A stretch of 64,000 nucleotides of DNA from Gekko japonicus (GCF_001447785.1 NW_015175364.1:551512-615511); one strand, 5' to 3'; shown: positions 49,941 through 62,700, counted from the first letter of the stretch. Notes: generated from the sequence alone by a model not told the origin. A program made the numbers and translations.

Positions 49941-51025
49941 TTTTTCTACTTCAAAGGAAACAAGTGACTAACCCTGCAACCTTATAACATGGGCTAGGTA
50001 ATCTCCCTCACATGCTGCTTTCAGAGCCTCTGTTGCTGTGTGGATGGGGAAGTGCAGATTTCCATACCTCCCTGCCTACATCTGGTTCTGTTCCACCTCA
50101 AGCCTGCCATCCCTCCTGCCTACATCTGGTTCTGTTCCACCTCAAACCTGACATCCCTCCCATCACCTCCAGTGGGCTTTTTGCCATTTTTAAAAATTAT
50201 CAGTAGCAGATATCTCACTATCTTTAAAACTGCAAAGCCTCTTGCAGAATAGTCATAGCAGACTTTATACTTTTGCTAGTCCTTTACCAAAGCTGTCAGA
50301 CAAAGCAATATTTCTGAGCATGCCAACAGGCCTAAACTGGCATCTGATGTAACTTCTGTGTCCCCATATACTTATTATTTGCTAAATATTCCACTCTTCT
50401 TCTCTCTTGTGTTGATTACATTGTTGTTTTGGACTCTATGGGATTGGCACATAAAGAAGATGTACACTATAGCAATGCAGTCTTCCATGGCATTCCACTC
50501 CCCCTCCTAAACTCACTAAGATTGTAGGAAACTCCTGTGGGCATCCAGTGAAAGAGTTAGTGGAGGACACAGGAAGGACAGAACTGAAGGACAAAGTTTT
50601 CCCAAGCCCAAAGTGGGTGGGATCTATAGACATGCTCCCCCCACACACACACACACACCAATTTTGGGTTTGTTTGGTTTTTTTTACATTCCTGCTTATA
50701 GCTCATTTCAGTTGGTCGCTCATACAGACTCTCCCTTCTCCCACTCCCCAACACCTGGTCCTGGTTTTCTAAAAGAGATATATGATCTGGAGCAGGCCAA
50801 GCAGCTGTAGGACCTCATAGTTTCCTGATGTCATCAGCTTGCCAGTTTCCACAGACAAGTGCTCACACGCTCCTGTGTGCTGTACTGACCAAACGCAAAA
50901 CACGCGGCTCCATTTCAGGAGTATCTTTTTCTGCTTGCGAAGGAAACAAGTGACTGACTTTGCAACGTTATAACATGGGCTAGATAATCTCCCTCACATG
51001 CTGATTTCAGTGCCTCTGTTGTTGC
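49941..51025. repeat. ~100-bp diverged direct repeat pair (49941-50039 and 50926-51025)
   Basis: Shared AAGGAAACAAGTGACT...TTATAACATGGGCTAG.TAATCTCCCTCACATGCTG; roughly 85-90% identical by eye. Confidence 0.85.
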
Positions 51026-52300
51026 TTACATTAGAGGATTGAATTCCATCTCCAGTTTAAGCACTGGTCAGGCCTAAATCATCTGAGCTGTGTGCCACCC
51101 CATCCCTCTGACCTCCAAAGTGCTAGGTATACTGGAGGATTCTGAAGCCTCAGTAAATGTGGAGATTAGGTTAGTTGTACTTTTTCCGTAAAGCGTATCC
51201 TGTCCTGTTTGGGCACAAGCCGTACATTGCATAAGCACTCTGATGGGATTCAAGTGGAGAGCTCGTAAGTGAAAAAGCGACGCCACATTATGTAGACGTA
51301 AAGTTACGCTACAGTGGAAGGGTCAGTCTGAACTCCAGTCTATACATGCAGCAGAAGGAGGTAGGAATGAGATGGTAGGTGATGAAATAGATTTTACCAC
51401 TACAGGGTGCAAGTGAGGATCACAGATGTGTTCAGTATTTTTGAATGCCCCTACCCAAAGTTTCAAGCAAACAGAGAAGTAGCATAAAAAGAGGGATCAA
51501 GGGCCACTGAGGCATTTGGGAGACTCAAGAGATGTATTCGCCCTGTAAAGATCATAAACCAGGGTGACGAACAACATTTCTGTCCTAAACTCAGGCCTCA
51601 ATCTAGATTGAAACGAGTAAATATAATCCATTTCCCCCCAAGACCATGAAAAGCTGCATGACCACCATATGCTTAAGTACTTTGCCCAAGAACAGGATAT
51701 TGGCCATTACGTAATAGCTATTCAGATTATTTGGATGCAGGGATGGTTTCTGTGTGAACTGCGTTTTTTAAGGTGGCTGAAAGACTTCCTCCCTCAAAAA
51801 GGCATTTATATGACCTCCCAGATCCACTCAGCCAACCCATCCCAGCTTGACACTTTCAGCAAACAGCGGCCCAGGCATGGTGGACCCTCTACTTCTAAGA
51901 ACCTTATCCATTTCCTAAAGCTTTAGCAACGAAAAGTCATTTAAACAGCTAGGACATCCTAAAATTGCATTCCAATAGCATCCCAGGATTGAGCTGAATT
52001 AACTGCAGAGTTTAAGGCTTTAAGGCTGTGTAATTTACTTTGGCTTCTGAAGGAACACTGATTTTTTTAAATCCTACCTGGAATGGACACAAGCCCACTG
52101 GAATGCGGCAGCAAGCCACAATGGATAGTAACGAACTAGATGAAGTGATGTGGTGCTCAAGGATTTCTCAGTGAAATAAAAGAGATGAGGTAAGTAAATG
52201 CTTTAATATAGCTTCTATGTTGTTTTCAAAGAAAGAAATTAGACTCCAACTGTGGGTCAGATGCTACCTTTTATTTGCCTGAAGAATTTAGTGTCATAAT

Positions 52301-52507
52301 CAATGTTCCCTCTAAGCTGTTGGAATCTTGTGAGCAAAAATTCTACTCTGTGAGCTACTGGCATGAAATTTGTGAGTGAGCGATTTCGCTACTGCATAAA
52401 TTAGTTGGCTCTGGAGTCATCCTTCCTGAGTGAAGACTAAAATCTGTGAGCTGGAGGCTGAAAAACTGTGAGCTAGCTCACACTAACTCAGCTTAGAGGA
52501 AACACTG
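52301..52507 (+). mobile_element. hAT MITE (TIR CARTGTTCCCTCTAAGCTG)
   Basis: Perfect 8-bp TSD GTCATAAT. Confidence 0.92.
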
Positions 52508-53472
52508 GTCATAATTCCCCCTCCCTCCTTGCTCTCCCACAAGACTCTGCTACATAATGTAGTGGATGTACCATGCTCCACCACCCCACCCTGTTTTTAT
52601 TATGCTGAAGAGCTATCAGATGCCATAGTTTCTAAGGAACATAATCTTGACCAAAAAAATCGCACATATACATAAGCTGCCTTTTACTGAATCACACCAT
52701 TGGTCCATCAAAATCAGTACTATTTTGATAAAGAGATACCTTCATTAACACTCAGGGAAACCCTGATCTTGGAGAAAACATTTTTTTTCCTGAGGGAATG
52801 AAGCCATAAACTTCTCCAATTGTAGGGTGAGAGGAGATAAATTTCCTTTATGGAGACAAAAAGGATGGAAAATGACAGTTTGCCAACCTGCCAGGAAGGG
52901 TCAAGACAGATGGCTATTTGGATATCCTGAGTTGGTACCACAAAGTTTTGGAACATAGACTTTAATTTGATTGGAGAAAAGGTACATGTGTGGACCCAAC
53001 TCTAGGTTGCCTGATAGGTTAAACTGAGACCATTCCAGCTGTTACAGGAAGGGTTAGAAGGCCCGGACACCCTCTCAGAAGCTCTCACAAGCCAAGGTAT
53101 AGGGAACAGGAAGCAATCAAGTGATGTCTGTCTTGATTGGCCTCTGTTTTTCAAGGTTCCAGGGGGCTTGTGTCCATTCCAGGTAAGGAAATGCCTAGGT
53201 AACACCAGGGACTGTACAACTTATTAGTCCTCATATGTTTTATTTTATTAGTTTTCTAACACTCTGTAGTGACTTACTATAATTTTCCAATGCTCTTGTG
53301 CTCTAGTGAATTGAGACTGTATTTTGGTAAATAAAGATAATTTCCTTTAAAGATCTTGGACTGTAATCAAAGCTCTTACCCAGGGCACCTGACTGTTCAT
53401 TCCACATATAGGGCAGAAACTCCTGTCTGGGCTACAGATAGTTCACTGCCAGGAAAGAAGGTGTGTGTGAAG

Positions 53473-53879
53473 CAGGGGTCATTTCCTGCAGGAGCGCACA
53501 GGAGCGGAGCTCTGGCAGTAAAGAGCCCAGGAGGCGGGCACATGCAACAAGCCCCACCCCCTGCTCCCAGCAGCCCTCAGTCAGAGCAAGAAGCAGCCAG
53601 GTAAGTTGCAGAGCTCCCCCCGGCTCAAAACAGTCCAGTGGCACCTTTAAGACCAAGTTTTATTCAAGTACAAGCTCTCCCTCCTCAGCGAGGACAGATC
53701 TGCACATATCCCCTCCCCAATAGCTAGCAATCCAAAACAGTCCAGTGGAGCCTGAGTGGTGGGTGTTGCCTTCTGACACACTTCTGGTGATGTCAGGGGG
53801 TGTGGCATATGCAAATAAGTTATGCTAATGAGTTATGCTAATGAGCTCCTGCACCTCTTTTTCTACGAAATGACCCCTG
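53473..53879 (+). mobile_element. hAT MITE, subfamily B
   Basis: TIRs CAGGGGTCATTTC / GAAATGACCCCTG; perfect 8-bp TSD GTGTGAAG. Confidence 0.92.
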
Positions 53880-54370
53880 GTGTGAAGCACTATGCACACA
53901 CATACATGCTTATGCTGCAGGGAGAACAAGGAAGGGTGTAGCTTGAGTGGTGATAGCTACCAAAGTAAGGAGAGGGAGAAGGGATGGGCTAGGGAAAGCA
54001 CAAGCCTTCTCATGCCCACAGATTTCCCTATACAACAGGCATAACTATTGGGAAGGGCCGGGGGTGGGGTGTTTTACAATTACTATCCTACTCAGGCTGG
54101 CAATGGTTCTCCAGGTAGAGATCTTTCACATCATCTACTACATGATCCTTTTGACTAGAGATGCCGGGGATGGATCCTTGGACCTTCTACAGGCAAAGCA
54201 GATGCTCTACCACTTAGCCACAGTCCTTCTTTGTCCTCTGGAAAATAAGAGGTAAGTAAGCCATCAGCTTCTGTTCCACACAGGAGAGCACTAGCCTCAT
54301 ATTCTGAATGGATTGGGGCCGCAAATATATTGATGGCTCTACTTGCTTCATCACAACCCTTACAACCGAA

Positions 54371-54654
54371 TAGAAGAAGAAGAGATTGGATTTATACCCC
54401 GCTGTTCACTTGGAGTCTCAGAGCGGCTTACAAACTCCTTTACCTTCCCCTCCCCACAACAGACACCCTGTGAGGTAGGTGGGGCTGAGAGAGCTCTGGC
54501 ACAAACTGCTCTTTCAGGGACTGTTCTTTCAGGGACAGCTCTGACAGAACTATGGCTTGCCCAAGGTCATCCAGCAGCTGCACATGGAGGAGTGGAGAAT
54601 CAAACCCGGTTCTCCCAGATTAGAGTCCGCGCACTTAACCACTACACCAAACTG
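54371..54654 (-). mobile_element. Squam3-like tRNA SINE
   Basis: Reverse complement of the 24228 copy. Confidence 0.88.
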
Positions 54655-54955
54655 GATTGGAAAGAGGGATGGGGAAGGACAAGGAAAATAATGGGGAAGG
54701 ACAAGGAAAATAATCACAGTCAGGTACCAGGTTTTTTTTATATAATGGTACACAATGGTTTTCATAGTGACCAAACAGAATGGCTAATGCAGGAGACAGA
54801 CAGTTCTAGAGAAGGACCCAATAGCAGTTGGTCCCAACCAGGCTAATGGAGAAGGCCTGTCGGTCTCATTCTCCCACCAATATCACCAGGTGGAATGACC
54901 ATAGATTGGGGACAGCTCAGGGGGGACTTATAACAGCATTAATCATAACCCCAGG

Positions 54956-55161
54956 CAATGTTCCCTCTAAGCTGTAGAGTCCTGTGAGCAAAAATTCTAC
55001 TTTGTGAGCTACCGGCATTAAAGTTGTGAGTGAGCGATTTGGCTACTGCATAAATTAGTGTGTTCTGGAGCCATCCTTCCTGAGCTATGACAAAATTGTG
55101 TGACCCGGAGGCTAAAAAACTGTGAACTAGCTCACACTAACTCAGCTTAAAGGGAACACTG
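54956..55161 (+). mobile_element. hAT MITE (same family as 52301)
   Basis: Perfect 8-bp TSD ACCCCAGG. Confidence 0.92.
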
Positions 55162-57353
55162 ACCCCAGGTGTCCTTGCCCCCCTGCCCCCCGGCTGTTAT
55201 ATTTCAGTAGGCTGGTTTTGCAATTTGTTTCTTTTGACAAAGCAGGGCATAAATGTTTTAATAAAATTTAAAAAGATAAAAGTCCATCACTATCCATTGA
55301 TAGGCTTTATCTGAATGAATTGTGAGGCTGTCTCAACAATGAGAGCATCTGAGCCTTGAGCACAAACTATTGAAAAGCAGAAGACTTGCGGGCTGATCAT
55401 TTTCAGTAGGTCTGAATGGATTTATATCCAAATACTGGCTAATGGATCAAACCACCTGAAAGGGGCCATGAAAAGTGACAATAATTTATGCTTAGCATAT
55501 ACTCATTAATGTGAAGAATTTAAAAAAAGCACACTGATCTACCTCAGGTAATGGGGCAGGCAGCCTCGCTAAAAGCAATATGATGGATCTGGGATGACTA
55601 AAGAACTCTTTACAGTCTTTTTTTTTAAGTTTGTCTTCATTTGTAGGCACTTCAGAACAGAGACTTGGAAAATATTTACACAGCTCTTGTTTAGAGAATA
55701 GAACCGCATTCCATTTACCACAATGAGTTGCCACATCCAGCTTGCTTTGTTCCTTCAACAGACAAGTGCAGAACCAGCATAAGTTATACAATCTAGAATG
55801 CCATCCACCGGTGGACTACAGAGAGTGTAAAGTTCCTGCTTCTCCTTCCTGCTGTAGCTCACTGAGCCCTCTGACATTTTGTTCCTTGGTGTCAGTGGAA
55901 CAGAGAAGCAAAGGATGCAAAATGGGTGGTCTACAGAGGGAGTGGGGAACCAGCAGAAGTCATGGCCACTCCTCTGCAAACAGAAATGCTATTCCAATGG
56001 AGGAAGGACGTGGTTGGATATACACCACCAACTGTCATCACCGTAGCTGCAACTGTTGAATGTCTTCCTGTTATTCAGGAGTTTCTTTGAGCCCCACATT
56101 TCAATTTTAATTTAGATCATGGCTTAATCGGAGCCCTAGAATTCATCCATGGGAAATACCAGGGATTAATAAAGATGACATTGTCTTTGAGAAAAGGTGC
56201 ACTTGCCTTTCTTTCAGCTTTGAGAAACCAATAGTGGCAAACTCACTGAGATTAGGGAAAACCGACATCCAAGAGGGGGGACTCCATAGCAGCCTTGAGC
56301 TATGACTCCTGCTGTTTTAGAAACCGATCAATGTTTATGTTAGTTTCAATGGCTCAGCTAAGTCTAAATCAAGACGGATCACACCTGATACCGCAGGTTA
56401 ACCTACTGTACAAGTGAATCTTTAAGCAGAGAGAGAGAGAGGGAGAGAGAGAGAGGGAGAGAGCGCTCATGCCAAGCTACTGTAGTTGGAAGTCAAATAA
56501 AGGAGGATTGTCCTAAAAGTGGGTTGCATAATACAAACCCAATATTCTGTTAACAAGGGTTTAGAGGTCAGGTTCTCATCCCTTGCCCACAAAGACATGT
56601 GCAAACCCAGGAGATTAAGGGGGAGGGAAGAAAATGAGCTGGAGGGAGATTGTTTCCTTCCTCCCTTCCTTCTCTGGTGCTTTTCTCTCTCTCGCCTCCC
56701 CCCCCCCCCCCCCCCGCAACTCCTCAGAGTGTCGCTGAAAGAGAAAGATTCGTTTCAAGGCAGCCGAGGTGTGATCGCCACCAGAGAATGCCATGCATTG
56801 TGTACTTCTTCCAAGTCCAGTGTTTCAGTGCCAGCAGAAGAAACAAATGCTGTCCTGCTGCCTCCTGGAAAGAACTGCTCTCATCCCTGCTGGGCAAGCT
56901 CATTTCAACGCCAACTGACTTTTTGCCCTCTCTTAATAGGGCTTAAAAAGTTCCAGATTTCTTCCATCCTCTCCCTCCCCCCCCACACACACATACACAC
57001 TGCACACAGTCCCAACCCTAAAGCATGTGTAATCTGAGTCTGCTATATGTCATTGGGGTACATGGTGGGGGCAGGAACTACAGAGGATTAGGAGGGCAAC
57101 TCTCAGGCAGGAATGGAAGGTTTTTTTCCTGCAGCAATCTGAGCAAAAACGCCATAAAACATCAGATCTTAAAAGGTAGCCGTTAAAGCCACCAAATCCC
57201 CTTTGGAGTCTGACCTTTACAGCTGTGGGGCTCAAAGGCCCCAGCAGGTCTTTCCCATACTGTTCCTAATGATGTTTTCACTCCTGTGGAGACTCCCCAC
57301 ACACACACACACACCATTCTCTCTCTGTGCTTGGAAACAAAGGTTTTTTATGA

Positions 57354-58339
57354 TTGTTAATGGGGCGGAGACTCACGACCCGTTTGAACCGAATGCACCC
57401 AGACCTCACTGAAGAGCAATCCGAGCGTACCACGGCGCAACCGAAGGTGCGCATGTTTGAAAAAGGGGACAAGGTTTTCGCACGGAATTATGCAAACGGG
57501 CACTTGTGGCTTCCTGGGGTTATATCCGACTCTGTGGGTACTCGAATGTATGTGGTGCAGTTAGCTGACGGTCGAATATGGCGGCGCCACATAGATCAGT
57601 TAAGGAGACGTTGGGCTAGGGACAGCGCTGACTCTCCGACGGCTGAATCCCCTGATGTCGAGTGGACACCCCCAGAGCAGGCGGTGAGTACCGAAAGGCC
57701 CGGTACTGTCCCCGAGTCAGGGCAGAACCCTGTGTGCGGGGCTGAAATCCCAGTCGAGTCTGTGCCTGATCCAGGCTGTAGTGAACCCCACTCTGACCCA
57801 CAACCTTGTCTGCCCGTGGAGCCTGCACCGCTCCGCAGGTCCCAGCGTTCGCGGCAAATGCCGACTTATCTGAAGGACTATGAGTGTAAATACTGTTGGA
57901 ATAACTGATGTACAAAGGTTGATTGCATGTTTGTAAATAATAAAACAATTGGGATGATGGCTTAACTTAGGGGGGAGGAATTGTAATGTATTGAAATGAT
58001 TACATGAATCACCTCATAGGACTCCCGTGTTAAGCTTCGAGCCAGACCAGGGCTCCTCTGAGCGAACTTCCTATTGGTCGCTTCGTAACAGCGACCAATC
58101 AGAACGATACCATTCCCTAGGAGGGAAAGACTCCCATTGGTCTTTATTCTAGCAATCTCATTGGTTGTTATTTGTAAATAGGCGTGGCTACATTAGCCCG
58201 GTTATGTTTAAATAGAGCATAAGCTCCCACTGTTTTCTGTTCTGGTTTCTTACTGAGTTGAGTGCTTGTTCGTTACTCCCAATAAAGCTGAATCACTTGC
58301 TGAATCACTCTAAGAGTCCTTTGTTAGCGCGATCTAACA
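57354..58339 (+). mobile_element. 5'-truncated Ty3/Gypsy LTR retrotransposon: integrase C-terminus, PPT and complete 3' LTR (57982-58339)
   Basis: ORF LMGRRLTTRL...GDKVFARNY...WLPGVI...RRHIDQLR...PLRRSQR...P.YLKDY; PPT AGGGGGGAGGAA; LTR TGT...ACA with four CCAAT/ATTGG boxes, TTTAAATA and AATAAA. Confidence 0.92.
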
Positions 58340-60747
58340 CTGTGCTTGGAAACAAAGGTTTTGTATGAAGTGCTGCCTGGCCTGCCTCTGGCCTGCCACC
58401 ATGGAGCCTTTCAGTCGCAAAGAGGGAAGACAAGGCTGGCAAGCATGATGGAGAGAGGTCTCAAGTAATTAAGTTAGCTCCCGGCTTCTGTGAGCTCCTC
58501 TGAGTCCTTCACCCCAGCTGCCCGCCTCCATCTCCCCCCCCCTTTCCCCTCCCTCCCTCCCCCAGAGACTGTGTGTGTTTAGGAGGTGCTGTTTCCCACA
58601 GCTCTGATCTAATTCAAGTGTAATTCAATCTCCGTGTGACCAACACTCAGCCAGTGCTCTCCCACCCGCCGGCAGACTCCTCTCTCACAGGCTGTGTGTG
58701 TTATACATTTGCACTGTCAATCTGACAGACTCCCCTCAAACAACCTCTCTATATAGATTTACAGTGTCAATCAGGCAGGCTTTGGGGCCTGTCTGCAGCA
58801 ATAACTCTAACAGGAACCGCCCCCCCCTTTTTTGCTTCTTTTCCTTCCCGCCTTCCTTTTCCTTCTGTGTCCTCCTACTATAGATACCCTATACCTGCCA
58901 CTCAGTGACTGCAAAGGGACTTTTGTTTCATGGCATTTGCAAGCAACCACAAAGACAAAAGGCAGCTGAACTAGATAAGGCTGAGAACCTGAAACAGATG
59001 TAAAGGAGATTGGGTCCAGTTTGCTGTGGATCCTCAACTCTGATTAAAATTTATAACTCCCCTTTAACCCCTTTCTAAGTTGGTTCAGCAATCTGGTCCT
59101 ATACAACTAGAATACACGACCACCAATTATCTAGGAAGCTAGCTGGAAGAAGAAACCAATGGTGGATTTCATATAGTTTATCCCAATATTGTTTCCCCCC
59201 CCCCCCCCTTTTTGCTTAAATGTTGTTTTTCATGACGTCATATTATGTCCCCTAAATTCACCTCTGGCCTTTTATTAGCCTAAATTTGGTTGAGCACATA
59301 TCAGCTGATCTTGTATGATGAACACAGTCACAAGGACAGGAAATTGTTCTCAACAACAGATTGTCCATGGAAATTCTCGGTGCTGATGCCCATTGAGCAA
59401 TCACAGGAAACAAATTCCAGAAGAAGCTTCAGAAATACCCAAATTTTGCAGAAAGAGCTTAGAAATCTTAAGTTCAAATCTTCATAGCACACAGAAACCA
59501 GATATTTGTGCATTTAAATGCTATTATTTTTTTATATATAACATTTTCAGTGTGTTCATAAGAAACTAGCACTCAGATCTGGTAATTTTCAGACGGTCAA
59601 AGCTAGATTGCAGATCTGTTTGTTAAAATTCAGGTTTGTCCCTAGTCACATAGAAGATGCGGGGAGAAGTGGCAAACAGCAAAAGGGTATTGGAGTGGGG
59701 TGCTGAACCCTCTTCCCTCCCTAGATTGCTTATTGAGACCACTTATTGATCTCATTTTCCTATTTATGGGGAAAGCTTTGGTCCCATCTTCCTTCTGCTT
59801 CCCTCTGCCCTCCCCCTGGAAGTTTCTCATGCTATTATTAGTGCTGACATTTCCTGCTTTCGTATACAAAACTTTTAAGGCCATGGTTCACAACAACCGC
59901 CAAAACAAAAAGAGGATTTTTTGTTTGTTTGCATCATATTCTTTAGCATGCACGCCACCATGACCCAGCACATATATTATAGCAAATTCTGATCCTGCAC
60001 ATTAACAACAATACACAACTTAAGCATCAAGATTTGGGGGGGGAACTTAAAAGACTCAGTAGAAGGTGAAACCCCAAATTAAAAAGAAATAAAATGCAGT
60101 GCTCGTTATGCGCTGTTATTCGGCTTGAAAATTCATCTCCTTCCTCTTAAATCTCGGAAAGGTAGGAGTGAAATCTTGGTGAAATGTTTCTAAGTCCTCA
60201 ATCACTTTTGAAGAGATGCTGGTGTTTGAGGGGCCATAGAGGAATAAAGTTGCTTGGGGATTACATTAATAGCTTTTATTTCCGCCCATAATGGTGAGGG
60301 AATTGCCACAGATGCCCCTGGACAGATAAGCAGATCCACAAAACTCTGCTCAAGTACCTTTCCTAAGCTACAGGATCAGTGTCAACAATGCAAAAAGGGG
60401 AAAAAATAAGAAATAAAACTCAGCCCTTTTTTATTTGGGCATAAGAAATAACATTTAAACTATTAAACAATGAAAATGTCAATGGTCACGCTGCATTGAA
60501 AGAACCTGCAGTCTTTACATGCACACTCCCTTTGAAGTGACTTCAAAGTGACTATTCCCCTAAGCAAAGGGTGTGGTATCAGGTCTGGACTTGGGGAATG
60601 GGGGATTCCCCCCCCCCGCCCCCCCCCCATACAAAAAGTCAAATATGATTTTTCTTAGTTTCGTTAACATTAACTTGAGTCATGCTACAATGCTAGTTAA
60701 CTAAGATTTCATTTGTTAAATGACACATCTGAGAATATATATATAGA

Positions 60748-62100
60748 CTAGCCTGCTACCCATGCTTCACTGCGGTATTTAAGTTCCATAAATCCAGTTA
60801 TAATACTGATTATGTGAAATTCAAAATGTGACATTTGTTGTAGGAATTCTAACAGAGAAGGTTATAGTGTAAGAATTGAAGTGAGACATACATACTTTTC
60901 CCTCTCTACTGAAGGACCTCTCTGTAGACCACATTGGTGGGTCTGCCCTCAGGTGCTAGGATCACCAGGCTGCTTGATGAGCTCACTCTGGAGCAGGCAA
61001 CATAGAACAGTCCATTTAAGAAGCAGTCGTCTGTTAAGTCAGCTTCGGCCACCTTCCACAAAAGTGATAGCCTCTCTACTTGTATTCCTGGATTGCTTTG
61101 CTCATATGGAGACTGTATCGTTCTAAGCACCTCAGGGTGATCTTGCTGGTACTTGGCCTGTGCAGCTCAGTGCACTGCAGGAGTACTATGTGCAAATGTA
61201 TTTGCCGCATTCCTAAGTTGCCTCCTCCTTGTAGCTTTCTTGGGGGCTGTAAGAGGGGAGAGGTGTGAGGGAGTGGTGATGTGGTGGACATTTCTTCAGG
61301 TTCATGAGGGAGGTACACATCGAAATGGCTTCTAGAAATGTCCTTTACTATCTCCCCATAAACCTTCATACCCCGGCCCTGCTCCTAGACCTGACAGACA
61401 CCAGCCTGTCTGGTGTTGGGGGTGGGGGATTGTATTTAAAGGCATAGGGGAGGCTGGGCCAGCAGCAGTGCTAAGGCAATCCTGCTGAGCAAACCTCCCC
61501 GACAGCTGTAAGCATCCCACCTCCTCTCCTACACCTGACAGGCAGCTGCCTGTCCAGTGTAGGAGGGGGAGGGGGGAGTATTAGAAGCCACTGTGGAGGC
61601 AGGGCTGGCAGGATCACTAAGGCGTTACTGCTGGGGCAGGCTCCCTCGTGGCTTTAAGCACCCTGCAACCACTGCTACACCTGACAGGCAACCACCTGTT
61701 AGGTGTAGGAGGTGGGGGGAGTGTGTTGGAAGCCATCAGAGAAGCTGGGCCAGCAGCTTTGCTTTACCTCACAGGTGGTTCTTGGCCACTCCTGATTTCC
61801 TCAACTGTCATTAGCTCTGTGCAGTCCCCGTAACTGTTGGGTTTTTTTTTTACCTCAGAACCCTGAGCTCTACAGCTGACCAGAGAGGCAGCTGCCTGGC
61901 AGCTGCATAGGAATCAATGGGGGAGCACATTTTCCCCCTTTTGACCCACTTAGAGGTTGAATTTCTAAAAAATCCCTTCTTAGCGAGCACCTACGCCACA
62001 GTAGGAGTGCTCTCCCCAAATTTGGTGTCTCTAGGTCCAGAGGTTTGGCCTGGGCGCTGATTTTATGGTGAGGGGACTTTCTTTTATATATATAGATAGA
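60748..62100 (-). mobile_element. Non-autonomous Helitron retaining the PIF1-helicase C-terminus
   Basis: A|TC 5' end (TCTATCTATATATATAAAAG); 3' CTAG|T preceded by an imperfect hairpin; ORF 60906..61130 DCFLNGLFYVACSRV...TNVVYREVL is the RepHel C-terminal motif. Confidence 0.85.
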
Positions 62101-62284
62101 TGTAGAAATAGAATTCTGGACGGTACCACTCAAGATTGTAGGTGGGGTGGGAGATAATACTGTTGAATGTTTTTTGTTGTTTTAAAAAAATCCCTGCTTG
62201 CATGTAGTAAATTGCCACTTCAGACTAAAAGATCTCACCGTTTTATCACAGCACCAATAACACACGTTACCCTTGTGTGTAAGG

Positions 62285-62700
62285 GCCATCAAGCCACAGC
62301 TGACTTATGGTGACCCCAGGAAGGGGCCTTCAAGGCAAGTTAGAAGCAGAGGTGGTTTGGTGTAGTGGTTAAGTGCGTGGACTCTAATCTGGGAGAACTG
62401 AGGACTTTGATTCCCCACTCCTCCACTCGCAGCTGCTGGATGACCTTGGGCAAGCCATAGTTCTGTCAGAGGAGTTCTTGAAAAGAACAGTTTCTGTCAG
62501 AGCTCTCTCAGCCCCACCTACCTCACAGGGTGTCTGTTGTGAGGAGGAGAAGGGGAAGGAGTTTGTAAACTGCTCTGAGACTCCAAGTGAAGGGCAGGGT
62601 ATAAATCCAATCTCTTCTTCTTTTCTTCTTCCTTGTTGGTCTCCCTTCCAAGGACTGACCTTGCTTAGCTTCTGAGATCTGACGAGATCCAACTATACCA
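62285..62700 (-). mobile_element. 5S-derived SINE interrupted by a plus-strand Squam3-like SINE (~62355-62630)
   Basis: RTE-like tail at 62285-62359; 5S head (TTGCTTAGCTTCTGAGATCTGACGAGATC) at 62661-62689. Confidence 0.8.

Noticed and set aside
57354-57908. Domesticated integrase-derived host gene
   Set aside because: Starts mid-domain at the insertion junction, has no catalytic core and is followed directly by the PPT and LTR.
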